Source: Raillietiella orientalis (Eukaryota). From it: a stretch of 64,000 nucleotides of DNA. Numbering within the stretch: position 1 is the first letter of the stretch; each line of letters starts with the position of its first letter. This document shows positions 13,005 to 25,395 of the stretch, piece by piece. The position numbers and the translations under genes were made by a program. The DNA lies in contig JAYWIR010000107.1 in NCBI GenBank assembly GCA_036172245.1, forward strand, positions 62,001 to 126,000, written 5' to 3'. Below the pieces are notes generated by a model that did not search any database, was not told where the DNA came from, and saw only the letters and a program-made list of their open reading frames with translations.

Positions 13005-14060
13005 TCGAACGCCTTGTGGAGATCGACCGCGATCGCAAAGGCATTTGCCGTATCCTCCTGCCGTCGGCGCCTCTCCTTCTTGCCTGCGGCAGTGACTTGC
13101 TCAGCAGCCTGGCTTTGCTGCGCCACAACTTCCTGCAGCTGCATCCATGTACGCACGAAAAGGATGTTCGTCTCCATGGATCGTCCCGGACCCGCGTAGG
13201 TTTGTTCCGGGCTCACCACAGATACCGCGATACTTCCTAACAGCGCGACCCACAGCTTGGAAAACACCTTGACGTCCGAGTTCACCAGGGTGATCGGACG
13301 CCAGTTGTTAAGTTGACGCAAGTCTCCGCCTTTCGGCAGGAGACGCACCTTCGCTGAATGGAAGGAATCCGGGACATTCCCAGATTCACTCATCAGCGTC
13401 GCGAGTTTCAGCATCAACGCAATGAGCTCCACTTCAAAGCACTGATAAAAGTCTTTAGGGAGCTCATCCTCGCCTGGCGCCTTTTGTCTTTTCAGCTCAG
13501 CGATGGCGAACGAAAATTCATCCGCCGTGAAGGGCTCGTTCAGACGTTCGCGTTCCTCCTCGCCGACAACACGAGCATCCTGAGACAGGAGTATCTCAGA
13601 GAGGATATCCTATGTCGGGGATACCGCGTACAGCGAGGAGTAGTAGCGTCTCCCGATGCGGCGTACTTCGGCTGGGGCCGAACATTCCTGGCCCTTGTCG
13701 TCCAACAGGCATGCTACTGCGGACTTCCAGACCTAACGCTCGGCCCTCGCCTTGTACTCTGCGAGACGCCCGACATCCGCGCGTCGCGAATATGTGCGGG
13801 CCTGCAGAAAGTCTCTACTGTTGGCCACGCCCTCTCCGTAACCGCGTGGAAGCCGGTGCAAGGGGAATTGGCAGCAGAACTCGCGGACAGATCTTTTGAG
13901 ATCGTCCCAGTCCGCAAGTTCTTGAATGGCAAAGCCTTGAAGGTATCCATATAGATGGTCCTCAGCCTCCGGTTGGCTAAGCCAATCCGCCTGCATCCTC
14001 CAGTTTTGCAACGGAGGCCCCCTGCCTGGCGGAAGGATCTCAAACTCCAACCTGTGGTGA
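13005..14060 (-). mobile_element. C1 middle segment (end of APE to RT AVDLHKAF)
   Basis: Collinear with 5231-7431 across the B1 TSD; motifs WRMQADW, WRPITLVNSDVK, AVDLHKAFD. Confidence 0.88.
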
Positions 14061-15972
14061 GACTTTGGCAACCCTGCCATGCTCGTGTCCCGGCACGCCC
14101 GCCGTGTCGGCCTATGCCGACGATCTTCTGCTCCTGCTTCCTGGGTCCACCCCGTCATCGGCGCTCGAGGTTTTTTTCGAGTTGCTATACCGTGGGACAG
14201 GCCTCCAGGTAAACAGGACGAAGTCGTCGTTGCTTCTCACCGATTCTACGAGTCCCGGACGGTCGGACTGGATCCGCTTGGGGATCCTCACGGGCAGGTA
14301 CATCAAGTACCTCCGCGTTCCGTTGGGGGACTTCTGCTCCGCAGAAGCCTGGTCCGACCGTCTACAAAAAGTGGAGCTGGCGATCGGCCCGTTCCGGGAC
14401 GGCAAGTTTCACTTGCAGGAACGGGCCACGGTATGAAACGCTCTCGCGGCCCCCCTTCTTCGCCCCCTACTTTTTGTGTGCCCTATCCCGTACCAAATCA
14501 GGACACGGACTAGGGGCCTTATACGGAAAGCCCTCTGGGGCAACCGGAGGCCTCCCGTCAGGCTCACAGACTTGTGCGCTCCACGCAGGGACGGTGGACT
14601 TGGTCTCCTGACGTTGGAGCGCATGGAGCGACAGCTCTAATTCAGAAAACTTGCCCTTGTGGCAAAGTTTTGGACAGCACCCTGGTGTGCACCAGCAAGA
14701 CTCCTTGCTCACAGGGCAACCGGCTGCTTCGGATTGACTCCAATCCTGGTGGCCAACGAACGCAGCCTGAACCATTGTGGTTATCAGCTGCCGGATTTGG
14801 TTGCTCTGATGAGAGACAACCCTTGGATCTCCTGCATCCCAGCGGACTGGACTACTTGGCTTCAGGAGTCCGTATCCGCATGGGCGGAGATCAATGGCAC
14901 CAGCGATGAGGACTTCTCCTGCCTCCGCAGAGGAAGGCACGCTGGTCAGCCACTCCAGAAGATCGTTTCCAACCCACGGAAACTTCTGTGTGCTTCTTTC
15001 CCTTCCTTGCCCCAGTGCTGCCCTCCCTCAGGGAAGTTCGTGACAGCCACCAACAGGCATCGTGGGAAGTGTCCTGTCTCATCGGAGGCAGGAAAAAATC
15101 ACTGAAGGCGTGGACGCCGAGGGAACTAGCGGACGCTAGTACCCCGAGTGTCCCGCCGAACGGACTTTTATGCTGGGGCGCGCTACAAGGTATACCTCCG
15201 GAGGAGGTGAAGTGGCCCCCAGCGTCATGGGACAACGGCACCCTTCCCCTGCAGTGGCAGGAGACGGCGTTGCTTCTGCTTCACTGGGGACTTTTAAGCA
15301 GAGCACGCCTGTCTCGCTGGACATCGGGGAATGTGGATGCTAGTTGTGCAGAGTGCGGCGAAAGGGAGACCTTCCCCCACTTGATTCTGGAGTGTGTTGC
15401 CCTCCACGAAATGTGGGACAGACTCTCGTCGATCCTCAACATTCCGGAGGGTGACCCGAAAAATATATCCAGACGCCTTCTAACGCGAGACGGCTTGCCA
15501 GCCTCCGGGAGCGTAGCAGTGCTCTGCTGCATACGCGGTATCCTGGAGAAGTGGACCGCGTCTAGGAGAGGAAGGACAGCCGGAATGCCATCTACTGGGC
15601 AGCGATCTCCTTGGAGAAAGCGTGCCGTTGGCGCCGACTTCAAAAACATTTACCGGCACTTGTCCGCATTCGAAACCGGATGCAAAGGCCTGCTCACGGC
15701 GCACCGTGATCCCCTCCCTCCCTCTCGCTACCCAAAAACATTGCCCTCCAGACGTTTTTCTTTTTTTGTTTTGTTTTCTGTTTATTTTCCCCGTCCCGGC
15801 GCCAATGAAGGACTTTATCGGCCTCCGGGTCGATAAGGACAAGTGCTATTTAACTTCAATGAACGTCTGACGTCCGAAAAAGAGAATTTTTTTTAACAAC
15901 AAAGACCTTATTACAAAATTTTGTAATGTCAGAATTTTAGTAATAAAAGCCCCGGCTTACCCGGGTGTAAAA
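14061..15972 (+). mobile_element. Family E copy E1, 5'-truncated (RT C-half to 3' end)
   Basis: AYADD, ZnF CAEC..HLILEC, terminus AATAAA-AGC-CCCGG-CTTAC-CCGGG-TGTAAAA; closely similar to the minus-strand copy at 59988-61910. Confidence 0.9.
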
Positions 15973-17836
15973 CCCCGTCGGGTTTCGTGGAGACTTCGCG
16001 TTGCTTCGCGGCGAGCGTTGCCTGGCTGCCTACTTTTGATCGGCGCGCACACGCTTTCGAACGAGTTGTCCTCGTCTCGGTGATCGGAACAGCATCCACT
16101 TCAGAGTCCGACCGGCGCATGTTCGATCGGGTTTCGGCCTTCCGCGAAGAAGTCACAGGTTCCACTGGATTGACAGCTATCCTGTTGTCGTTATCCGTCA
16201 CCAGAGCATCGCTTTTAAAGACGGCTGCTTTCCCGGCGCGTGCGTTTTCAGCGTGCTCAGGCGCATTTGCACGAGGGACCTTTGCTGAAGTCTTCTTTAC
16301 TTCATTACGGTTCCTCACTTCGCGTGGTGCCGTAAATGGAGATTGTGCTCCATTGCCATGTTTGAAGCCATCCGCGTCTTTGGACGGGAGCACTTTTGAT
16401 GGCTCCGACACGCTCGTCATGGACGCTGCCTTCGGAAGGGATTTTAATCCTTTCGTTGGCATGGCATCCGCGTCAGTCGAGAGCTTGCTCTCCGACTGCA
16501 ACGGCGTGAGATTTTTCTCCGCTTACGCGGTGTTGGATCGCGACGCGGATTTTTTTTTGCCGACTTTCAAAGTCGACACGGCACAACCCTTCTTACCCAA
16601 TTTAGGCTTCTCAGCCACTGCAGAAGGTGAAGGAATGGATCTGACGGTACTGGAAGTGTCCTTACCGCCGTTGTCCATTGGCGTCCCCGTCTGTTGCTCG
16701 AACTCCGATAGAGCCGGTCGTGCTTGGGAAAGACAGCTTTTGCGCCTAGGGGGACTTACCATTGCCCCGGATTCCCCGCACCCTTTCTTTTGCGGCTCCC
16801 CTGCCGCGAGAGGAAGCGCGCAGAACTTCGCGTGCGAGGTTTTCTGCTGCTTTGGGGCGACATTCCACCTCGCGTTTTTACGGAATTTCTGCCGTGAGGT
16901 CTCCAGATTTTTAGCAGATTTTTTCTTTTTACCCGCGCTTTGTTTTTTCAGATGGAGCTCCGCAGCTGCCTTTTTTTGCAAGGGAACCGGGGAATTTTTC
17001 AATTGGTGCCCGGATAGTTTGCAATAACGGCATTTTCCAGAGGAACATTTATCCAAACAATGCCCCTCCTTCCCGCATTGCTCGCACTTTCTTACTTTGC
17101 CCACGAACCACAGGTGAACGACCGTGTCTTGCACCTGTAGTTTGGTGGGCAGCAGACGGCGGTCCGGCATTGTAAGCCGGACTTCAGCGACTCCGCTGTG
17201 TATGGACGGGAAGTCCTTGAGGTTGCTACGCACCCTCCACAGCGCATGGACCGTGGCGAATTTCGCCAACGCGTTCCGAGTTTCAATATCGGAGATTTCC
17301 GACTCGATGTCGAAAATCTCCGCCACAAATGAGTCGTCCATGGCGGCCGGGAAGACCTTCTGGCCACGGATCGCCAACGGGGTGCGCAGCAAGCGTTGCA
17401 CAAGTGCAGCGTCTTTGCTACGCACCTTGAAATAGTCCATATCCTTTACTTGCAACATGGCGAGGAGGTCCTCCTCCCGCACGCCAACACGGGTCAGTTC
17501 ATCGTTGAACTGATTCCCGTCGCGCGCAGAAAGAAAGCCACTCACCTTATATCGGAGAGCAGGTCTATAGCCTTGAGCTACGTATGCCCGCAACTTCGAC
17601 TCGTCGAGTGGTTTCCCTTTTACGGCTGATGTGGCAGCAACGTCAGCAAAACTGCTCTCCATTGGCGAGAACGTCGAAGTGGAGGCGGCGGTCGGTTCCG
17701 CGATTGCGGATCCGGATTCTGTTCCTCCAACTTCAGTAGCTTCGTGTTGGGTCGACATCGTCGTCAAAATGTACGACGCCAAGATGGAGCGGATGAAAGC
17801 ACGGTGACCAGAGCGAAGAAAAACACGTCCGCACTT
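15973..17836 (-). mobile_element. C1 5' segment with ORF1 (ATG 17782)
   Basis: AYVAQGYRPALRYKV, CEQCGKEGHCLDKC, CRYCKLSGH; 5' motif GGACGTGTTTTT; flank GATTGAA(A/G)T matches 5223-5231. Confidence 0.85.
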
Positions 17837-18706
17837 GATTGAAATCTCCCGCTATCAGGTGAGCCTTCCGCACGCTCGTGTCCGTCAGCCAAGTCGCGAT
17901 TCAGGGATTGGAGCAACCTGGTGCGGTCGCTGTATCCCTGTTTACCGCTCGGGACGTACACATTTGTGATGATCAGTTCGATCGAGTTGGACCAGCTGAG
18001 AATCAGCTGAACGTTTCGATCGTCGTCATTGATGCGAACGACCGGCCGGCTCCACGAAGAAACCGACCCCGCAGGTGTTACGGCAGCCGCTTTGCAAGTA
18101 CAGCCGACCTCCCGCGATGGTCTCGATTTCCTGGACTTCCGTCGCAGAGATCCCGTGGATCTCCTGCAGCAGCGCCAGGTCGTGCTCACGCAGGGTGTCG
18201 GCCGTATATCGTCTGTTGCCGTCGTCGTGCAGCACGTTGACATTCCAACAGGCGGCGCGAATCCGACAGCGACTGGCGAGCCCAGGTGTTAGTCCTGGGA
18301 AAACGGCAATGCGGCGTCCGCCACCTGCTAGGGCGGGTCGCTAGGTGGAGGTGAAGGGGAGACAGGTACTGAAGGCACCTTTTCCTCCTCCTCCATCCGT
18401 GCTGGCGCGCCGGCCGGATCACCCGCAGGTTGAGTGGCGCCTACCTGTGCGCCCTTCAACATGGATTCGGGCTGTTCAGGTTCCGGGACTGCAGGGAGGA
18501 CTTCACCCCCCTGCTCACCCTCCTCCATGGTGGTGACCGACTCGATGGCTTCAAGAGTGGGTGTTCCCTCTCCGGGATTCCCACGCTGCCGGTTCCTTTC
18601 GGCTTCTCCTCCTCGGGAAAAGTAAAGGCGCCTCCTGGGTTTCTGGGACTTGCGTCCCCACTTACTGGGGATCGCCTCCGAGGAGGAGGATGTGCTTACG
18701 GCCCTT

Positions 18707-18708
<2 letters not shown>

Positions 18709-18741
<33 letters not shown>

Positions 18742-19389
18742 GGGATTCCCCCGGACGGGGGGGATCGCACCTCCCACCCTGGTTGTCTCCGAAGGGGAAC
18801 CCCGAAGGGAATCTCCTTCCTCATTCTCTCCGGAGGGACACCCCCCACCAATGGGGAGGGGCTGTCCTCTCCACTTCAACTTCATTTCAACTTCTCCGAA
18901 GGGAACCCGGAAAGGATCCGCTTGTAGGAATTTCTTCTCCTGAGGGGACCCGCAAGGGAACCGCTCCTTTATTCACTCCTCTGAAGAGAACCCCGAAGGG
19001 ACGCTTCCGAAACTCAGAAGGGGCGCTGCAGCTTCCCGCAGGAAATCGCTCTCGCTTCCTTGTGCACTCTGTGAAGAGGCGACGACTCGGAGGGTCCCCC
19101 GGTGGGGGGGGTCCGCTCTCCGTTGCAGGACAGGAGGGGGGGACTCCCCACTCCTTGATTCCTGGGAGGACCCAAAGGTCGACTCCCATTGTTCCGGCCT
19201 TCATCGGGGGCCTCCGGCTTAATCCACCTCCGGTGCCACGCCCGAATGTCTCGGCCAACTAGCGCCATTGCAGGAGAAACTCGGAACTCAACAACGCAGT
19301 GGCGTCAGAGTTTCTGCCGAAGTATTCGAACCCGCGACGCATGGTGCCACACGCGGAAGCCTTAACCACAAGGCCTCCGACGCGGGCAA
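18709..19389 (-). mobile_element. tRNA-derived SINE (~680 bp) with 29-nt poly(A) and 13-bp TSD
   Basis: Perfect TSD ACGGCCCTTAGTT at 18698-18710 and 19398-19410; T29 on the plus strand; tRNA-like head; the segment is absent from the homologous A1 ORF1 (~600-630). Confidence 0.9.
19316..19387 (-). promoter_or_regulatory. tRNA-like SINE head with Pol III A and B boxes
   Basis: Minus strand has AGGCCTTGTGGTTAAGGC (A box/D-arm, GCCTT/AAGGC stem) and GGTTCGAATAC (B box) at tRNA-like spacing; the acceptor stem is degenerate. Confidence 0.8.
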
Positions 19390-19489
19390 TAGTTCGCACG
19401 GCCCTTAGTTCGCACTCACCTGCGGGGGCCTTCTTCGTCGGAGCCGACCTGCGTACGCCCTTGCGCGACGGGGTTTTGCGCTCGGAGAG

Positions 19490-19650
19490 CGTTACTGCGA
19501 GCTCCTCCGCCGCTTTCTCGAAGGCCGCGTCTTCGCCAGCGGCGACCGTTGCCGCGGGCTGCTCCGCGACCTTATCGAGCGCGGAGTCATCGCTGACGGT
19601 GATCGTTGCCGCGGGCTCCTCCGCGACTTTATCGAGCGCGCCGTCCTGGC
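19490..19650 (-). repeat. 57-bp (19-aa) tandem repeat, ~3 copies, in the A2 ORF1 tail
   Basis: Units begin at 19490, 19547 and 19604; encode DGALDKVAEEPAAT / DSALDKVAEQPAAT / DAAFEKAAEELAVT. Confidence 0.85.
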
Positions 19651-20952
19651 TGTCGGCTCGCGAGTCTAGCGTATCACCCTCTAAACGTAGAATGGGCTCG
19701 TCCAGGCGAGTATTCATAGCGTCCGCATCAGCTGTTCCGCTAACATTGCCGAGGGCGGCCTCGGCAGGAACGGCTAAGGGTTCTAGTGCCACCGAGCATT
19801 TGCGGAGTTGTTTCTTTCAAAGTGGCGCGGCTTTTTTCTTTTTGCCGGCAGTTTTCTTCTCCGACTTTTCTGATGCCATCAGTTTCTTTTTTTTTCTTTC
19901 CTCGCCTGAACCAGCTGCCAACCCTCCTGCATTTCCGCGTCCACGGTAGCTCTTTCCTCCGACGCCTGTACGGCAGCAAGGGAGGCTGACAGTTGGGAAC
20001 GGCCATTCTCGCGAGCTGGCCTTTCTACCAGCTTTCCACGTTTTCCCTGCTCCTTTCTGGCGGCAGGAGGCACCGGGGTGGGACGCTTGGGGCAAACGCA
20101 CCGAACGTGACCCTTTCCACCGCATAGGTGGCATACAATATTCGGGCACCTTTTTCGTAGATGCCCTACTGCATTGCAGTAGCCACAAAATTGGGGTTTT
20201 TCCGCGTACCAGAGGTCCACCGCTTCTTGGCAGACCTCCAGCTTGTGGTGAAGCGCACCACCCTCTTTTACTGTGATACGCGCCGCAGCTTGACCTCCGA
20301 AAAGGCTATTGTAGCCTTGGAAAATCATATGCTTCGGCCACAACGCGTGCACTTCTGCGTGCTTTTGCAACTGATCACGAACCTCTGACCTAGTCATGCG
20401 ATTGGAGATCCCAGTGAGATGAACCACTACCGAGCGGTCCATCGTCACCGGCAAGATCTTTCGACCATCAACGATCAGCGGGTCGATGATCAGGCGTTGG
20501 GCCAAGGTGATATCTTTGCATACCACCTCGACCCGCTGCCCGCCGCTGAGGACGGAGAGGCCGTCAAGATGTTTTTCGAAGATATTGGCGTTCTGCAGCG
20601 CCTTCGTAAAGGCGCGTGCAGTTCGCCCATCAACAAGGTTGCCTACCTTATAAACTAGCGAGGGTTTATATCCCGCTTTCTTGTAGGCTTCCATCTCGGC
20701 CATGGCTTCCACGCTAGGCGCGGCCACCATGGCTCTCCAGGACCTCGGCTTCGCCGGGGACGATTCCGGGGCGGATGCCCCTGATCCAGTAGGCTGTGGG
20801 GACGAACAAGCCTCCATCACGCCTACTTCCATCGCGGTGTCCTCTGGCAACGCTGCCATCGGACACCGACGATGTGCTCGCACAAACCCTTTAAGAAAAA
20901 ACCACTCGCCTTGCCACGCAGGCGGAGCGCAGGAAAAGCACGTCCTCTCTCC

Positions 20953-23888
20953 ATAGAGGAAATTTGGATGAAGGGCCCGCAACGAAAGGGCGTATTTGCA
21001 CGCCCATCGTTTCGCAAGGACCCCTGATCTCCGTCGCTTGACGGAATACAAAGCCGGGGCTGTGCGTCAGACATGGCAAACCGGACCGCTTAGCGTGCTG
21101 GAGGATTTGGACCAGGAACAGTCGGAGCCAGCTTCGATCCGTCGCCTCTTGCGCGGATTTTTCTCCTCTCTTTGCGGGAGGGCTCCTGCCGAGTGGGACG
21201 CTTCGCGGCGTTTGCTTCCAGATGGAGCCCCGACCATAGATGAGGAAGAGAAAGAAAGTCTATATGAGCCTTTTACAATCGGGAAAATCATCAGGTAGAT
21301 TAAAAGCCTCAAAAAACGTAAGGCGCCAGGGGAGGACGGCCTGCCGGCGGAGTTCTTTCAGTGCTTCGTCGCAGAGCTGACCCCCATGGTGCTCAAATTG
21401 ACATCGCTGATCCGAGACGAAGGCGATGTTCCTTCCTCGTTTCGGTCAGGCAGGGTGAGGCTGCTCCCTATGGGAAGGGACCTTAGGAAATAAAGCAACT
21501 GGCTTCTGATCACGATAGTGAACACGGACGCCAAGCTGCTGACCGGACTGTGGGCAGCGCGACTGGGACAGGTAGCTGACAGCTTCGTCAGCTCGGAACA
21601 GACGGACGCTGTTCCCGGGAGAAGCATGGAAGCGAACCTGTTCTTCGCCAGCACATGGTTAAATCTACAATACGGAGAAAAAGAGGAGAAAAAAGAACAA
21701 AATGACGACAAACCTGATTTGGGAACGCCAGCGCGGCAAACAAAGGACTGCAGGGAGGGAAGGGGGCTTTGACGGTCGCAGTCGATTTACACAGAGCGTT
21801 CGATTGCGTGGACCAGGAACTCCTTCTGAGGCTCCTGGTTCGCATGGGCTTCCCGGACACTTCACTGGCTTACCTGCGCGCCTGCTGGCGCAATGCGTTC
21901 AATAACTTGTTTTTCAGAGGACAGCACGTGTTCGGCATGCTGGTGAGGCGTAACATCTGGCAGAGCGACAGCCTGATTTCCCTGCTCTTTAGCAGCTATT
22001 TCAAACTGGTGCTGAGAGCATACAGGGTGACATTGGATGCCCTGCCAAGCTCGTGTCCAGGTACGCCGGCCGTAGCGGCTTACGCCGATTGTCTTTTGCT
22101 CCTTTTGCCCATGTCCGCCCCGGCAGACGCAGTCGAGGATTTCTTCGATCTGCTAAGTCGCGGGACTGGACTACGGGTAAATAAGGCGACGTCATCGGTG
22201 GTAGCCGCTGGTGCGACGTGGGTTGGACGGCCTGACAGGATTCGCTTGGGGTTCCCCACGGAGAGGTACTTGAAGTACCTCGAAGTTCCATTGGGGGACT
22301 ACTGCTAGTCGAAAGCCTGGTCAGGTTGTCTCCAAAAAGTGGAGTCAGCGATCGGCCCGTTCCTGGAAGGCAAGCTTCACTTGCCGGAACGGACCGCGGT
22401 GTGGAACGCGTTCGCGGCTCCCCTTCTTCGCCCTCTGCTTTTTGTTTGCACCGTTACCGTGAACTGAAAAAAAGAACAAAGGACCTCCTACGCATCGCCC
22501 TGAGATGCGGCGAAAGGCCTCGTGTGCCTTTAAAGTATTTGTGCGCTCCACATCGGGACGGAGGTCTTAGCGTCCTGACGATGTAGCGAATGGAAACACA
22601 GCTGCGGTGGGGCACTCTAGCCATCGCAGCGAAAATGTGGAACACCCCTTGGTGCGTTCCAGCCCACCTTCTTGCCAGACGTGTGTCCGGGACTGAAGGA
22701 CTCGCGTCTTTTCATCTGTGCCCCTGCCGGAAAATAAGAAGGTGCGTAGTTCTCCTGGGACGCATGGCCACTCTGGCAAAGGAGAAAGCGTGGATGACCT
22801 GCAGCCCCGCCAACTCTAGCGCATGGCTGGAAAAAACAGTTGGAACGTGGGCAAAGATAAACAATATCAGTGAAGAATCCTGCAACGGCCTGCGTACCGG
22901 CATCTACACCCGCTGCACGCTGCGGAACATGAACGTGTGTCCCGCCAGAAGAACTTGGGCGGAGACGACCCCACTGGCCACGGCGTTACCCTTCCTACGG
23001 AGGGCGCTCCAAAATATCCGGAATCCTAGATGGCAAGTCTCCTGCGGATAGCGGGCAAAGAGAAGGATCTGACTGGGTGGACCATGAAAGATCTGGTTGA
23101 AACCTCGACCCCAAGAGTTAACCCGCATACACTACGGAGATGGGGCGAGCTGCTTGGCATCCCGATGTATGACCTAGAGTCGCCCCCGACGTTCATTGAT
23201 TCATTTATCCTCCCCCTAAAGTGGCAGGAAACGGCGCTGTTGTTGTTGCACTGAAGTCTTCCTTGCAACGGGCGCCGCCAACACTGGACGTGGGGGTATG
23301 TTCATCCGATCTGTGCAGTGTACAGGGAGAAGGAATCACTCCCCCATCTGTTAGTGGACTGCGCTGCCCTCCGGCCCTTGTGGGAACGTCTTTCAACGAA
23401 CCTTTCAGTGCCCGTAGGCAGCACCATCAGAGACGTTATGAGGCTCCTCTTCCTGCGACACGCCCTGACACCAGCCTCAGCCCTGGCAGCACTTTGCTGC
23501 CTCCGAGGGATTGTGACCGCGTGGAGCGCAGCCAACAGAGGAAGCAGCGACAGGGATCTCATCGTACACGGTAGTCGATGCCTGCGAATCGCGATCGGCT
23601 GGTCCCATCTGAGAACAATGAAGAGGGATCTCGAGGGCATCCTCGAAAGGATGGTCTCTTCCTCCAGCGGGCTTTGATCCCTTCCCGGCCCTCCAAATAA
23701 TTTCTTTTCGTTTATTTCTTTTATTTTTCTTTTCGTTTTTACCCTCTACCCTCTTCTCTGCCGAGGAGAGTCAAGACGGCCTGCGAGCCGGCTTTCCGGC
23801 AGGTCCAAAGGACTATTGGCCGTAGCGGAACCTCGTTATGCGAAAACAAAGTGTTTAGGAATAAACGCTTCGGCGTGACCGGGGAAAA
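20953..23888 (+). mobile_element. Family A segment A3 (APE-RT linker to 3' end); probably the 3' half of A2
   Basis: Starts at degenerate LPxGFGEGARNE; RT motifs DLHRAFD and AYAD; terminus AATAAA-CGC-TTCGG-CGTGA-CCGGG-GAAAA. Confidence 0.88.
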
Positions 23889-25395
23889 CTTACCCGTGTC
23901 CAGTGATGACGGCGTGAATTGCAGGGCAGTCCATAGTGCAACAGCAGCAGCGCCTAATCCTGCCATTTTAGGGGGAGGATTCTGGTTTCTGTTATTACTG
24001 GGGGCCACTTGAGCTCATCAGTCATGATGCCGAGCAGCTCGCCCCATTTTTTGAGTCCTTGCGGAAGGACGCTATGTTGAGGCGTCCACAAGCTGTCGCA
24101 CTGTCCAACCGCTCTTTAGGTTTTCGCTGCCTACGATACGATAAGAGACTTGCCACCTCGGCGTCCGGCTGCTCACGATTGTCCTACGTAGGAAGGGTAG
24201 CACCGTCGCCAGGCAAGTCGCCTCTTCCCACGTGCTTCTGGCGGGACACTTCACGATCTCGCGTAGAGTGCAGCGGGCGTATCGGCCGCGTCGCAGGCTA
24301 GTCCATGTCACGTAACTCATCTTATTCACTACAGCCCACGTGCCAACTGTTTCATTCAGCCATGCGCTGGAGTTGACGGGGCGGCAGATCATCCAAGCAT
24401 TCTCCCTCGCCATGGTGGCTACTCGTCCCAGCAGATGTCCGAATCTTCTTGTCTTCCTTCCACGACATTAAAGAAGCGATGCGAGTCCTTCCGTTCCGGA
24501 TACACGTGTGGCGAGTGAGGGACAGGGAGCACACCAGGGAGTGCTCCACATCTTGGCTGCGATCGCCAAGGATCGCAATCGCAGCTGAATTTCCATGCGC
24601 TCCAGCATCAGGAGGCCTAGTTCACCATCACGACGCGAAGAGCACAAGTATATCAAAGGGACTCGGGGCCTCCCCTTGCCCTAAAGGTCGATGCGCAGGA
24701 GGTCGTTGGTCCTCTTTTTTGATTCTTCGAGGACGGGGCAAACAAAAAGTAGGGGGCGAAGGATGGGAGCCCCTAAAGCGTTCCATACTGCGGCCCGTTC
24801 CGGCAAGTAAAACTTGCCGTTTAGGAACGGGCGAATCGCCAAATCCACCTTCTGAAGATCGCCTGACCATGCTTCTGACGGGCAGTAGTCCTCTAGAGGA
24901 ACGCCAAGGTACTTCAGATGTGTGTCAGTCGGGATCCCCAGGCGGATCCAGTCAGGCCGTCCTACCCACGTCGCTCCAGCTGTCAACATCGACGAAATTG
25001 CTCTGTTGACCCGTAGCCCTGTCCCAAGGCTTAGCAAGTCGGAGAAATATTCGACTGCGGTTGCAGGGGAGGAAATTGGGAGCAGTAGCAGGAGATCGTC
25101 GGCATATGCAGCCACGGCAGGCGTACCGGGACATGAGCTTGGCAAGGCAGCCAAAGTCATCCTGTATGCTCTCAGCACCAACTTCAAATAGGTGATAAAG
25201 TGGAGGGGACTGAGGCTATCGCCCTTTTGAATCCCGCGGCGCACCGGCACGCAGTACACGCTCTGCCCTCTCAAAGATATGTTTGTTAACGCGGCTCATC
25301 AGCAGGAGCGCAGGTACGCCGTTAATGTAGGAGGGAAGCCCATACGATGCAGAAGCTCCAGCAGGAGCTCCTGGTCCACGCAGTCGAACTCCTTT
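23889..25395 (-). mobile_element. A-related LINE fragment A4 (RT KEFD to HWTR)
   Basis: GIQKGDSLSP, AYADD and post-RT homology to A1; both ends are cut by other insertions. Confidence 0.85.

Larger units (their letters stand above)
17837..20952 (-). mobile_element. A2 5' part (5' UTR, ORF1, N-half of APE), interrupted by a SINE
   Basis: ORF1 CGYCNAVGHLRKRC / CHLCGGKGHVRCVCPKRPTPVPP nearly identical to A1; APE WNV..LLQE..NVYVP..AGDFN; 5' motif GGACGTGCTTTT at 20945-20934. Confidence 0.9.

Noticed and set aside
18787..19100. Hammerhead or HDV ribozyme in the SINE
   Set aside because: I could not assemble a CUGANGA/GAAA core with proper stems or an HDV pseudoknot by eye; an Infernal search would be decisive.
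19316..19387. Functional tRNA gene
   Set aside because: The acceptor stem does not pair well and the sequence is the head of a TSD-flanked, poly(A)-tailed insertion.
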